A stretch of DNA of 64,000 nucleotides, from contig CAWFFN010000009.1 of NCBI GenBank assembly GCA_963815115.1, positions 1,728,001 through 1,792,000 on the forward strand. Direction: 5' to 3'. Of the stretch, positions 40,777 through 50,249 are shown in pieces; position 1 is the first letter of the stretch; every line of letters begins with the position of its first letter. A program made the position numbers and the translations under genes. This DNA comes from an uncultured delta proteobacterium. GTDB taxonomy: Bacteria; Desulfobacterota; Binatia; DP-6. Below the pieces are notes generated by a model. That model was not told the DNA's origin. It saw only the letters and a list, made by a program, of their open reading frames with translations, and searched no databases.

Positions 40777-41511
40777 GTGCTCTTCGGAACCGCCGACGTC
40801 GACGCGCTCGCCGCAAACGCTCCGGTGATGGAGCGTCTCGACACCGAGCCGCTCGTGCTGCCGGACGCCTGGGTGCTACAGGTGACCTACGAGATGCCGG
40901 CGACGGCGCGCGAGGTGCTGCTGCCGCCGGCGCTCCAGCCGACCGATCCGCCGCTCGTGTCCTGGACGTTCCTCCGCTGTGCGTCGGGGCCTCTCGGCGC
41001 CTTCGTGCTCGCGCAGCTCCGGGTCGAATGCCGGAGCGGCCTGCGCCCACGGGGTTTTCTCATCACCTCGCTGATCGACGCGGCGGACGCCGGCCGCGCG
41101 CTCACGGCGCGCTGGGGCTACGGCCCCCGGCCCGGCGACGTGCGGCTCGCGCGCCAGTACGACGCCGTGACGGGGACATGCTCCGTGGACGGCCGCACCA
41201 TCCTCGACGTCGCGCTGCGGGATCCCGATCCACTCGGACCGCACGACATCCAGTACACGGCGAGCATGCATCTCGCGCGCACGCCGCGCGGCGTGCGCCT
41301 CGTCCAGGTCGACCCCACGTTCGCGGTACAGCGCGCGGAGCGCGGCCGGCCCCATCTCTCGACATTCGACGCCGCCGCGTGGGGTGATGCGCGGATCGTC
41401 CCGGCGCATCCGGTCTCGGCGTCGATCGCGGTCGCCGAGGTCACGCTGCCGAGGCTGCGCTACCTCTGCCGCCCTGAGGTGTGGGCGTTCGACGGGACGG
41501 AGAGCCTGTAG
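40777..41511 (+). CDS. Acetoacetate decarboxylase-like protein
   Basis: LLPPALQPTDPP...GAFVLAQLRVECR...WGY pattern; directly follows the LLM gene. Confidence 0.65.
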   Translation: MLFGTADVDALAANAPVMERLDTEPLVLPDAWVLQVTYEMPATAREVLLPPALQPTDPPLVSWTFLRCASGPLGAFVLAQLRVECRSGLRPRGFLITSLIDAADAGRALTARWGYGPRPGDVRLARQYDAVTGTCSVDGRTILDVALRDPDPLGPHDIQYTASMHLARTPRGVRLVQVDPTFAVQRAERGRPHLSTFDAAAWGDARIVPAHPVSASIAVAEVTLPRLRYLCRPEVWAFDGTESL

Positions 41512-41643
41512 CGCAGCGGTCTGGCTCGTCCCGATACACGCGAGCCTTTTCGCCACCGATCGCTGAGGCCTATCGGGAGAATGCCTTGTGCCCAGGATTC
41601 CCAGAGCGCTCGCGCCGTGTAGACTCTGCCAGTTGTCGCTCCT

Positions 41644-42354
41644 ATGGCCCTGGGCTCGGAGGCCCGGCTCGTGAGGCGGAGCGCGATCCTTGCGATTTCC
41701 ATCGCGCTGTTCGCCGGCTGCGGTCCTCCGCGGACGTGGGACGCGCATACGACGTCTTCGCTGATGACGGCCTCTCTGGATCCCACGACTCTGACGGGCG
41801 ACCGCGTGGCGACGTTCGGTGTCGTCGCCCCACCCGCTCTGCAAGGCCTGGCGCCGGCCCTGTCCCACGGGCTGGTCGCAGCGCTCGCGCAAGTTACGCC
41901 GCCTCTGGTCGTACAGCCAATTCCCGACACGCTGAACGCCCTCAACCAGCAGGGGTTGGCCGCGGAATACGCCGAGCTGCTCTCGGGTTTCGCCCGGAGT
42001 GGCGTGCTCGAGCGCAAGCGTCTGCAGTCACTCGGCTCGGCGCTTCGATCTCGGTACGTGCTGTTGCCTGGCCTGGCGGGATTCGACGAGGTCCTGGCCG
42101 ACAGTTTCGAGATCTCCGGTTTGAAGATCGTCCGGAGTCGGATCAGCACCCTTCGGTTGTGGCTCCAGCTTTGGGACACCCAAGCCGGCCGGCTGCTCTG
42201 GGAGTCGTCGGGGGAAGCCAGGGTGGCGAGCGAGCTCCTGCGACCCGACCGTACCGTTCCCTTCGACGAAACCGCGCAGAAGCTCTGGCTGCGCATGATC
42301 CGGGAAGGACTGCTCGGCGAGCAGACGAGAGTCCTGGGAAGGAGATTCCGGTAG
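41644..42354 (+). CDS. Hypothetical lipoprotein
   Basis: Lipobox ALFAGC after a hydrophobic stretch; LQLWDTQAGRLLWES resembles CsgG/LpoB-like lipoproteins. Confidence 0.6.
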   Translation: MALGSEARLVRRSAILAISIALFAGCGPPRTWDAHTTSSLMTASLDPTTLTGDRVATFGVVAPPALQGLAPALSHGLVAALAQVTPPLVVQPIPDTLNALNQQGLAAEYAELLSGFARSGVLERKRLQSLGSALRSRYVLLPGLAGFDEVLADSFEISGLKIVRSRISTLRLWLQLWDTQAGRLLWESSGEARVASELLRPDRTVPFDETAQKLWLRMIREGLLGEQTRVLGRRFR

Positions 42355-42507
42355 CTATCCTACCGGCGGAGGTGACGAGGTGGCGCTTCTGTCACCGCCC
42401 CCGGACCTGCACCGACGAGAAGAACACCCCGTTACCGAAGGGCCGCGGGCTGGTAGGCGCGAACGGCGAATGTCGGTTCATGCGCCGCACCTTCTCACTT
42501 TCCGGCC

Positions 42508-42621
42508 TCAGGCCGCGGCGGCTTTGTAGTAGGCGAGGCTGCCGACCAGGCGGGTGACCGAGTCGGTTTCGTTGACGGAGCACAGGCCCGCCTCCCGCAT
42601 CAGCAGCGGAAGGCGCCGATC
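42508..42621 (-). pseudogene. Possible C-terminal remnant of a class I SAM methyltransferase
   Basis: Reads RLPLLMREAGLCSVNETDSVTRLVGSLAYYKAAAA*, similar to UbiE-like methyltransferase ends; no 5' part is present. Confidence 0.3.
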
Positions 42622-42643
42622 GCGCCTGACGGCCGGCGCGCCG

Positions 42644-43414
42644 CTACCCGTCGTCACAGCCGTCGACGGCGTACGTCACGAGCGGCTCGGGCACCCCCTT
42701 CACCTCGACGGCGGGCAGGGCGCGCAGGTGAAAGCGCCCGTCGAGCGCGCTGCCGACCGCCTGGGTCACCAGGATGTCGACGCCGTGCACCCGGGTGAGC
42801 CCCTCGACGCGAGACGCCAGGTTGACGGCCCGTCCCACCACGCCGTACTCGACCAGCTCCGCGGTGCCGATGACGCCCGCCACGACCGCGCCGCGGTGGA
42901 TGCCGATGCCGAGTACCAGGGGCGGGACGCCGTCGCGCGCGAGGGTCTGGTTGTAGTCCGCGAGCGCGCGCCGCATGGCGAGCGCGGCGCGCACGGCGTC
43001 GTGCGCCTGCCACGGGTCGTGCTCGAGCGCGCCGAAGAGCGCGAGGAGTCCGTCGCCGAGGAACTTGGCGAGGTGGCCGCGGTGTGCGGCGATGACCCGG
43101 CTCATGGCCTCGAAGTAGCCGTTCAGGACGGCGACCAGTCGCGCGGGCTCGAGGCGCTCGGTGAGCGCGGTGAACCCCTGGAGGTCGGCGAACAGCACGG
43201 TGACCTCCTTGGACTCCGAGCGGGTCGAGATGCCCCCTGCGATGATGTCCTCGACGACCTGTGCCGGAGCGAAGCGTGCGAACGCCTGCTGGAGCGCTTC
43301 CAGCTCGCGGGCGGCAGCTTCGAGCCGCTGGCGCGCTCCCGTGGCACGCCGCCGCGCCGCCACGGCCAGCCAGCCGAGTGCGGCCACGAGGCCCAGGAGC
43401 AGCCAGGTCAGCAC
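42644..43414 (-). CDS. Membrane-anchored class III adenylate/guanylate cyclase
   Basis: N-terminal TM and coiled coil; VTVLFADLQGFT, KFLGDG, GIGIHRG, VNLASRVE, VKG. The GTG at 43414 overlaps the upstream stop. Confidence 0.88.
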   Translation of the reverse strand: MLTWLLLGLVAALGWLAVAARRRATGARQRLEAAARELEALQQAFARFAPAQVVEDIIAGGISTRSESKEVTVLFADLQGFTALTERLEPARLVAVLNGYFEAMSRVIAAHRGHLAKFLGDGLLALFGALEHDPWQAHDAVRAALAMRRALADYNQTLARDGVPPLVLGIGIHRGAVVAGVIGTAELVEYGVVGRAVNLASRVEGLTRVHGVDILVTQAVGSALDGRFHLRALPAVEVKGVPEPLVTYAVDGCDDG

Positions 43415-44496
43415 TGTGCGAGGACGACGCTCGCGCGGCACAGTGCGTTGCCGGCCGCCGTCACCCCGACCACCTCGAGGAGCTGCTCGACGCTCAGCTC
43501 GAGACCGCCCGCGAGGGCGCGCATCCGCGCCTGGATCTCCGCCGGGCTGCACCGAACCGTCTCGCGCGCGAACGGCACCAGCTGGGTCTCGCGGGCATCG
43601 AGAGCGGGCGAGGAGAGATGGTCGAGCGCCTGCGCGACGTCGGTTGCGGCCATGCCGGTGGCACAGAGCGCACTGGCGGCCTCCTGCTCGCAGCGGGCGC
43701 ACTCGAGTGCCCGCGCGATCACTGCCAGCATGAGCAGCTTGGTGCGCCGCGGCAGCACCGGCGAGGCGAGCGCGGCGTCTATGGTGCGGCGGAGCACGCC
43801 GGCGGCGGGCGACGTGCCGAGCGCCGCCACCACGGGCGCGCCGAGTCCGTCGTTCGGCACGGGCGGGGGCTCCGGCGACTTCAGCCGTGGCTTGAACATG
43901 CGCGCCAGCACCGGGCGCAGCAGGCGCCCGGCGAGCTGGTAGCCGCTGCCCTCGATCGCCTCGGGCGGCAGGGCCACCAGCGTGGACACCCGGTTGGCGA
44001 ACACCGCGGACGCCGCGGCGAAGACGAGCTCGGCGATCGCCTCGCGCGAGCGCCCGGAGCGCTCGAGCGCGGCAAGCTGCGCCGCCCCGGGCCTCGGGCT
44101 GCCGCGCGACACCTTGCGCGCGAAGTCGAGCGCGAGCTGCGCAGACGGATCGGGATCGACGAGCTCGTCGCGCTCCAGCCGATCGATCGCGTCCAGCTCG
44201 AAGCCGAGGATGCGCATCAGGGCCCGCTGGGTGCCGTAGCAGAAGCGGCACGAGTTGTCGCGGCTCACCACCAGAGCGACCAGCGATGAGTCGCGGATCG
44301 GCAGGCTCGCGAACGGATCGGACGTCATGTCGCTCATCGCGCGCACCAGCCACGGCAACGGCGCGAAGCGCGCGGTCCACCCCGGAACGAACCCCTGGTG
44401 CGCCCGGCGCACGACGGTGAGGAGCTCGGGGGCCGGCGCCGAGAGCGGGACGAGGCACTCGCCCCAGGGCATCGTGCTGACGAAGTCTTCGCCCAT
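43408..44496 (-). CDS. Tandem AhpD/carboxymuconolactone decarboxylase-like protein with two CxxC motifs
   Basis: LVALVVSRDNSCRFCY and LAVIARALECARCE, each followed by an ALDFARK/LVPFARE helix. Confidence 0.7.
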   Translation of the reverse strand: MGEDFVSTMPWGECLVPLSAPAPELLTVVRRAHQGFVPGWTARFAPLPWLVRAMSDMTSDPFASLPIRDSSLVALVVSRDNSCRFCYGTQRALMRILGFELDAIDRLERDELVDPDPSAQLALDFARKVSRGSPRPGAAQLAALERSGRSREAIAELVFAAASAVFANRVSTLVALPPEAIEGSGYQLAGRLLRPVLARMFKPRLKSPEPPPVPNDGLGAPVVAALGTSPAAGVLRRTIDAALASPVLPRRTKLLMLAVIARALECARCEQEAASALCATGMAATDVAQALDHLSSPALDARETQLVPFARETVRCSPAEIQARMRALAGGLELSVEQLLEVVGVTAAGNALCRASVVLAQC

Positions 44497-45032
44497 CACG
44501 GATGTCGCGCTGCGAGCCGGTTGCGGGCGGTGCGACGGCCGGCGGCCGCACGCGCCCGGCGGCGGGCGCCGTAGGCCGGCGGCGCTTCGTGCACCGCGTC
44601 TCCGAGGAGGGGATTGAAGACGGTGACGCTCGGGAAGCGCGTGAAGTCGCGATCGGCCGTCCACAGCTCCCGGACGCCGTGGAGCTGGCAGAGCGCGGCG
44701 ATGCGGGCGTCGTGGATGCGGGGCCCGACGACCCGCCCGATCCTCACCGTCGCCGAAAGCACCGGCCAGTAGTCTCCCGTCTCGGCTAGCACCACGAGGC
44801 TCGGCGACGAAAGCCACGCGTCGACCTGCCTCGACGCGTCGTCGAGTGTCGACGGTGGCAGGAACGTCCTCGGGTTCGTCACCACGGCGAGGAACTCGTG
44901 AATGCATGGCCAGGGAATGGCCCAGGTGCCCCGGCCCTCGCTCAGCACGGTCAGGCACCGATGGGCCGGCTCGTAGAACGGCGAATCGCGCCGGTGGGCG
45001 TAGACCAGGATGTTGGTGTCGACGGCGATCAT
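44496..45032 (-). CDS. vapC: VapC PIN-domain toxin
   Basis: MIAVDTNILVYA, CIHEF, IHDARIAA, WTADRDF. Confidence 0.92.
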   Translation of the reverse strand: MIAVDTNILVYAHRRDSPFYEPAHRCLTVLSEGRGTWAIPWPCIHEFLAVVTNPRTFLPPSTLDDASRQVDAWLSSPSLVVLAETGDYWPVLSATVRIGRVVGPRIHDARIAALCQLHGVRELWTADRDFTRFPSVTVFNPLLGDAVHEAPPAYGARRRARAAAGRRTARNRLAARHP

Positions 45033-45301
45033 TTGTCGTCGTCCTCGTCACGCTGGTACTGGCTGTAGTCGTAGGCCAGCTCGCGGATGCGCTCCCAGCC
45101 GAGCGCCGCGGCCTCCGGGGTGAGCCCCCTGCCGCCCTTGAAGCTGCCGTCGCGCAGCTTGAACGGCTTGGCCGCGATCTTGGCGGAGAGCACCGCCCGC
45201 AGCCCCTCCTCGACGAGCGCCCGCAGCGTCGTCTGCTCGCGCTCGGCCAGGGCCTTGGCCTCCTCGAAGAGCGGATCGGCGATCTCGATGGTGGTCTTCA
45301 T
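45029..45301 (-). CDS. vapB: VapB antitoxin (RHH type)
   Basis: MKTTIEIADPLFEEAK...TLRALVEEGLR; ATGA overlap with vapC. Confidence 0.88.
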   Translation of the reverse strand: MKTTIEIADPLFEEAKALAEREQTTLRALVEEGLRAVLSAKIAAKPFKLRDGSFKGGRGLTPEAAALGWERIRELAYDYSQYQRDEDDDK

Positions 45302-45315
45302 ATGGGTACCCATAT
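45300..45315. promoter_or_regulatory. Perfect 16-bp palindrome, probable VapBC operator
   Basis: ATATGGGTACCCATAT directly abuts the vapB start codon. Confidence 0.7.
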
Positions 45316-45338
45316 CAGGAGATACGGACCCCCACCAG

Positions 45339-46346
45339 TCACGCCGTCAGCAGCACCTTCCCCACGTTCCGCCGCTCCTGGATGTAGCGGTGCGCCGCCG
45401 CCGCCTCGGCCAGGGGGAAGGTCTTGCCGACGACCGGCGCGATGCGCCCCACCTCGGCGTCGGCGAGCAGAGTCAGCATCTCGCGCCGCAGCATGTCGAT
45501 GCGATCCCAGAGATGCCCCAGGTTGACGCCGATCACCGCCTTGTTGGCGTTCATCAGCTGGACGGGATGGAACCACGGAATCGCCAGCAGCTTGGGAATG
45601 GCCGCGAGACGGTTCGGCGTCATCCCGCTCGCGGCCGAGGAGAACCCGAAGCAGACGAGCCGCCCGAGGGGCGCCAGGCAGCGATAGCTCTTGCGAAAGG
45701 CGCCGGTCGCGTCGAGCACGACGTCCACGCCGCGGCCGCCCGTGATCCGCTTGACCGCCGCCTCGAAGTCCTCGGTGCGGTAGTCGATGGCGTGCGCCAC
45801 GCCGTGCTCGCGCAGCGCCGCGTGCTTGCTCGCCGACGCCGTGCCGATCACCTCCGCGCCCGCGGCGCGGCAGAGCTGGATCGCCGCCATCCCGACGCCG
45901 CCGGCCGCCGCGTGCACCAGCACGCGCTCGCCGGCCTGGACGTTGCCGAAATGGCGCAGCATGAGCACGGCGGTGAGGTAGTTCACCGGGATGGCGGCGC
46001 CCTGCTCGAACGACAGCGCGTCCGGCAGCGGGAAGACCTGGGCCGCCGGCACCGCCACCCGCTCCGCATAGCCGCCGAAGCGGGTGAGCGCGACGACGCG
46101 CCGCCCGGGCTCCGGACCGTCGCCGCCTCCGGTGCCCTCGACGACGCCCGCGACCTCGTAACCGACGACGCACGGAAACGGCGGCGCGTCCGGGTAGACC
46201 CCGAGCCGTGCCGAGACGTCCGCGAAGTTGACGCCCGACGCCCGCACCCGGATCAGCACCTCGCCCGCACGCGCGACGGGATCGGGTCCGTCCCGGACCT
46301 CGAGCACCTCTGGTGGCCCCGCCTTGGGAATCCAGACCGATCGCAT
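45339..46346 (-). CDS. MDR-family NADPH:quinone oxidoreductase (VAT-1-like)
   Basis: GVNFAD, VVGYEVAG, PVNYLTA, HAAAGGVG, RRNVGKVLL. Confidence 0.9.
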   Translation of the reverse strand: MRSVWIPKAGPPEVLEVRDGPDPVARAGEVLIRVRASGVNFADVSARLGVYPDAPPFPCVVGYEVAGVVEGTGGGDGPEPGRRVVALTRFGGYAERVAVPAAQVFPLPDALSFEQGAAIPVNYLTAVLMLRHFGNVQAGERVLVHAAAGGVGMAAIQLCRAAGAEVIGTASASKHAALREHGVAHAIDYRTEDFEAAVKRITGGRGVDVVLDATGAFRKSYRCLAPLGRLVCFGFSSAASGMTPNRLAAIPKLLAIPWFHPVQLMNANKAVIGVNLGHLWDRIDMLRREMLTLLADAEVGRIAPVVGKTFPLAEAAAAHRYIQERRNVGKVLLTA

Positions 46347-46447
46347 GACGGCGACGGCAATCTCCCGCTGCCGCGAACGCGTTGCAACCGGGCACGGCGT
46401 CCCGCTACGCTGCCGCGAATGCCGACCCCTGCCGGGCAGCCGAGCCG

Positions 46448-47068
46448 ATGACCTGCCGCGCCGTGATCTTCGACCTCGGCGGCGTCGTCGTCGGCTCGCC
46501 GCTGCACGCCATCGCCGCCTACGAGCGCGAGCTGCGCCTGCCCGCGAACGCCGTCAACCGCGTCGTCGTGGCCGCCGGTGCGAAGGGTGCCTGGTCGCGG
46601 CTCGAGCGCGGCGAGCTCGGGCTGGAGGAGTTCTACCCGCTCTTCGAGGCCGACTGCGGGACCGCCGGCGTCGCCATCGACGCACGGGAGATGATGCGGC
46701 GAGTCGCCGAGATCACGGTACCGCGTCCCGCGATGCTGGCGGCGATCGCCCGGCTGCGCGCCGCCGGCCTGAAGGTGGCGGCGCTCACCAACAACTGGGT
46801 GACCGAGGAGGAAGGCACGGGGGCGCTGCGCTCGTTCTTCGACGTCTTCGTCGAGTCGGCCGCCGTCGGGCTGCGCAAGCCCGATCCGCGCATCTTCGAG
46901 CTCGTCTGCCAAGAGCTCGACGTGACCCCGGCGGAGACGGTCTTCCTCGACGACATCGGCATCAACCTGAAGGCCGCTCGTGCCCTCGGAATGGTCACCA
47001 TAAAGGTCGACGATCCCGACGTGGCGCTGGCCGAGCTCGAGCAGGCCGTCGACCTCGATCTCCGCTGA
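46448..47068 (+). CDS. HAD family phosphatase
   Basis: VIFDLGGV, LTNNW, RKPDPRIF, FLDDIGINL. Confidence 0.9.
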   Translation: MTCRAVIFDLGGVVVGSPLHAIAAYERELRLPANAVNRVVVAAGAKGAWSRLERGELGLEEFYPLFEADCGTAGVAIDAREMMRRVAEITVPRPAMLAAIARLRAAGLKVAALTNNWVTEEEGTGALRSFFDVFVESAAVGLRKPDPRIFELVCQELDVTPAETVFLDDIGINLKAARALGMVTIKVDDPDVALAELEQAVDLDLR

Positions 47069-47071
47069 AGG

Positions 47072-47950
47072 TCACGGTCCGGCGCAGGTGACGAGGAAGA
47101 GCGGGCTGCCCGCACCCTCGCCGCCGAGGAGGTAGCCGCGACCGTCGGCGGTGTACGAGATGGCCTCCCCCTGCGGCTGCGACTGCTCCGGCACGGCGAC
47201 GGGCTCGACGTCGAGCACGTCCTCGAAGGAGCGGGCACCGGGGCTGCGCAGCTCCCAGGCGCGCGTGTAGGTGCGCAGCAGCAGGCGGGTGCCGCTCGGG
47301 TGCGCGTCGGCGCCCGTCGTGGTGGAGTCGAACTCCCGGGGCGCGCGCAGGGTCCGGATGCGCACCGCAGTGCCGCCCTCGCGGCTTCCCAGCCCGTCGA
47401 TGCGATAGACATCGCCGAGCGAGAACAGGGTCTTGGTGATCACGAAGACGCGCGCCGTGGCCGGGTCGACGGCCAGGGCCTCGGCGTCGTGCGGTCCGTC
47501 GGGGTAGCGGAAGGGCAGGATGGCCGGGACCAGCGGCGCGTCGTCGAGGCGCTCGGGCTCGGCGACCTTGAGCACCTGCACGCTCTGGCGGCGCGCTCCG
47601 TTGTCGCCGATGTCCCCGAGGTAGATGCAGGACAGCTCCGACCCCGCGGCGCAGGGGCCGACGGCGATGTCCTCCGGATCGCGCAGGTTGACGCCACGCA
47701 GCGCCACGGTGGTGACGATGGTGCCGTCGGCACGGAGAGCGTACAGGGCGGAGACGTTGCCCGAGTCGTTATGGGCCCAGAAGATGCCGGGATGCCGGCG
47801 GCTGGCAGCGAAGCCGGACAGCTCGCGGAGCACGGCGGGGACGCGCCCGGTCAGGCGTGCACGGGGATCGTACCGGGCGCAGGGCACGGGGCCCGTCGCC
47901 GGGGTGGAGGTCGCGAGCGCGAGGAGAAGACCGGGGAGCCAGCGCGGCAT
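47072..47950 (-). CDS. Secreted hypothetical beta-propeller protein
   Basis: Signal peptide; ELSG, WAHNDSG, DPEDIAVG, YLGDIGDN, DAEAL and QGEAI conserved-looking blocks. Confidence 0.7.
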   Translation of the reverse strand: MPRWLPGLLLALATSTPATGPVPCARYDPRARLTGRVPAVLRELSGFAASRRHPGIFWAHNDSGNVSALYALRADGTIVTTVALRGVNLRDPEDIAVGPCAAGSELSCIYLGDIGDNGARRQSVQVLKVAEPERLDDAPLVPAILPFRYPDGPHDAEALAVDPATARVFVITKTLFSLGDVYRIDGLGSREGGTAVRIRTLRAPREFDSTTTGADAHPSGTRLLLRTYTRAWELRSPGARSFEDVLDVEPVAVPEQSQPQGEAISYTADGRGYLLGGEGAGSPLFLVTCAGP

Positions 47951-48032
47951 GCGCGGCCGGATTCAAGCAGACGGCGGCCCGACCTGCGAGCAAGCCGATC
48001 GGATGGATGCGTGCGGGCTGCCTGCCCGGCGC

Positions 48033-49853
48033 TCAGTGATCGAGCAGCGCGAGCTTCTCGGCGGCCGCGAACTCCCGGCGGAGCGCGTCGAAATCCGCGG
48101 TCCCGAACGGCTCGAAGGTGGTGGCGCCTCGCCGCCGCCAGAAGATCGGCTCGTCGGGCAGACGGCGGCGGTCGAAGTGCACGCGCTTCAGGTTGCGCAC
48201 CAGGATCTTCTCCGTCTTCGTGTACTCGAACTCCGGCACGATCCGGATGAAGTCCGGCACCCACTTCCGGTCCATGCCGCCGTCGCGCACCTGGCGCTCG
48301 CAGAAGTCGAAGAAGGCCTGGGCATCGAAGCGCGCGTCCGGCCGCAGCTTGAGCGCGGCCATGACGAGCTCGTCCGAGACCGCGCACGGCACCCCGTAGG
48401 CGGCGGCGAGGACCACGCCGTCGTGCTCCCGGAGGAGCTGCGCGACCTGGAGGGCCGAGAAGTTCTCGCCGTCCTTGCGGATCCAGTCGTCGGTGCGGCC
48501 GTCGAAGAAGAGAAAGCGCGTGCCGTCGCGCTCGAGCACGTGGCCGAGGTCCCCCGAATGGTAGACGCCGTTGCGGTACTTGGCCACGTTGGCATCGGGG
48601 TTGTCGAAGTAGCCCTGGAAGAGTCCGGTGTCGGGCGCCACCCGGCAGATCTCGCCCACGGCCTCCGCGTAGTTGGTGATCTTGCCGTCGGCGCCGAGCT
48701 GCGCCGGCGGGCATTCCTGGTCGCGCTCGTTCAGGATCTGGACCGACGGGTCGCTGATCTCGCCGACCGAGCCGCGCGGGTCGCCCTTCTTGCGGAACGT
48801 GCTGATGGCGGCCTCGGTGGACCCGTACAGCTCGAACATGTCCTCGAGCCCGAGCCAGTCCATGAAGCGCTCGATGTCCGGAGCCGCCGCGCCGTTGCCG
48901 AGAGCCCAGCGCATCCGGTTGCGCGGGTTGCGGGTCACCTCGGCATGGATGCGCTCCACGTCGCCGCCGTACTCCCGCTCGATGGCACCGAGCACGTAGT
49001 GCACGGGCTCGCCGACGTAGTTCCAGAAGGTGACGCCATGGCGGAAGACGTCGGGCACGAAGCTCGACGCGCTGAAGCGCTCGCGCAGGGCGAGGCTGCC
49101 GCACACGTGCAGCGCGGGCTGGAAGCCGAGGAAGATCGCGTTGGAATGGAAGAGCGGCATGCAGGCGTAGCCGGTGTCGTCCATGCCGAGGCCGAGATTC
49201 GCCGACACCGCCATGCCGATGGCGAGGAGCTTGAAGTGGTTGTTGTTGATGCCCTTGGGCAGCCCCGTGGTCCCGGAGGTGTAGATCACCATGAGCGGCT
49301 TCATGGGGTCGACGTCGCCCGCCGGTGCGTCGAGCGAACGCTCGGCCGGTCCGACCTCGCTGCATAACGCTGCCTCGAGATCGGTGGCGTCGAAGTCCTC
49401 GCCCTGCGTTCGGACCACGAGGATGTTCTCCGGCGCCACGTGCTGCAGACGGGACCGGATGCGCTCGACCTCCGGCCACAGGCGCTGGTCGACGACCAGG
49501 ACCCGGGCCAGCGACTGGTCCAGCAGCCCGGCCAGGGTGTCGCCCCGCAACCCCGTGTTGACGCCGAACAGCGTGAGCCCGCCGTAGCCGCACGCGCCAT
49601 GGAGCGCGAGCAGCTCGAGATGGTTCTCGAGGAACATGGCGACGTGGCCCGGGCGCTCGTCGTCGATCCGTCCCAGCCGGCGCCCGAGCAGGTGCGCCAG
49701 CCGCACGCACTCGTCGCGGTAGCGCCGGAAGGTCCAGGTCCGGTCGTGCTGGCGCAGGAAGACGCGGCCGCCGACGTCGGGATGCGCGGCACGGGCTTCG
49801 ATCTGCGCGCCCAGGGTGAGCGGGGCGTCGAATGACGGGGATGGGACGGACAC
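48033..49853 (-). CDS. Acyl-CoA synthetase (FadD17/FATP-like)
   Basis: IYTSGTTGLPKG, YGSTE, YHSGDLG, FDGRTDDWIRKDGENFS. Confidence 0.9.
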   Translation of the reverse strand: MSVPSPSFDAPLTLGAQIEARAAHPDVGGRVFLRQHDRTWTFRRYRDECVRLAHLLGRRLGRIDDERPGHVAMFLENHLELLALHGACGYGGLTLFGVNTGLRGDTLAGLLDQSLARVLVVDQRLWPEVERIRSRLQHVAPENILVVRTQGEDFDATDLEAALCSEVGPAERSLDAPAGDVDPMKPLMVIYTSGTTGLPKGINNNHFKLLAIGMAVSANLGLGMDDTGYACMPLFHSNAIFLGFQPALHVCGSLALRERFSASSFVPDVFRHGVTFWNYVGEPVHYVLGAIEREYGGDVERIHAEVTRNPRNRMRWALGNGAAAPDIERFMDWLGLEDMFELYGSTEAAISTFRKKGDPRGSVGEISDPSVQILNERDQECPPAQLGADGKITNYAEAVGEICRVAPDTGLFQGYFDNPDANVAKYRNGVYHSGDLGHVLERDGTRFLFFDGRTDDWIRKDGENFSALQVAQLLREHDGVVLAAAYGVPCAVSDELVMAALKLRPDARFDAQAFFDFCERQVRDGGMDRKWVPDFIRIVPEFEYTKTEKILVRNLKRVHFDRRRLPDEPIFWRRRGATTFEPFGTADFDALRREFAAAEKLALLDH

Positions 49854-49968
49854 CGGAAACCTCCTCGGGTCGTTCGGCCGGGACCTTCTATAGTCGAGGA
49901 TGCGGCCGCGCGGAAAGGTGTCCGCGGTGAGCGTCCGGCCGCCGGGCCATGACGCAGCCCGCCATGGT

Positions 49969-50220
49969 CTAGCCCTCGAGCTCGCCCGGGCGGGCGATAC
50001 CGTGCTCGATCACCAGCCGCTCCAGCCCTGCCAGCCAGCAGTCGTAGTACGACGCCTCGGGATGCGCGGCGATCTCGGCGATCAGCCGCCGCTGGAACTC
50101 CACCCACGGGACGCCCAGACGCTCGACCACCGCGAGCGCCATGCCGAAGACGCGTCCCTGCCAGGGCGCTTCGAAGACCAGCTCGCCGTTCCGGCGCGGC
50201 AGGGCGGCCGGCCCGCTCAT
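49969..50220 (-). CDS. Nitrile hydratase accessory/activator protein
   Basis: LPRRNGELVFEAPWQGRVFGMA...YYDCWLAGLERLV, downstream of the alpha subunit. Confidence 0.85.
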   Translation of the reverse strand: MSGPAALPRRNGELVFEAPWQGRVFGMALAVVERLGVPWVEFQRRLIAEIAAHPEASYYDCWLAGLERLVIEHGIARPGELEG

Positions 50221-50249
50221 GCCGGTCACCTCGGCACCGGGACGGATCG

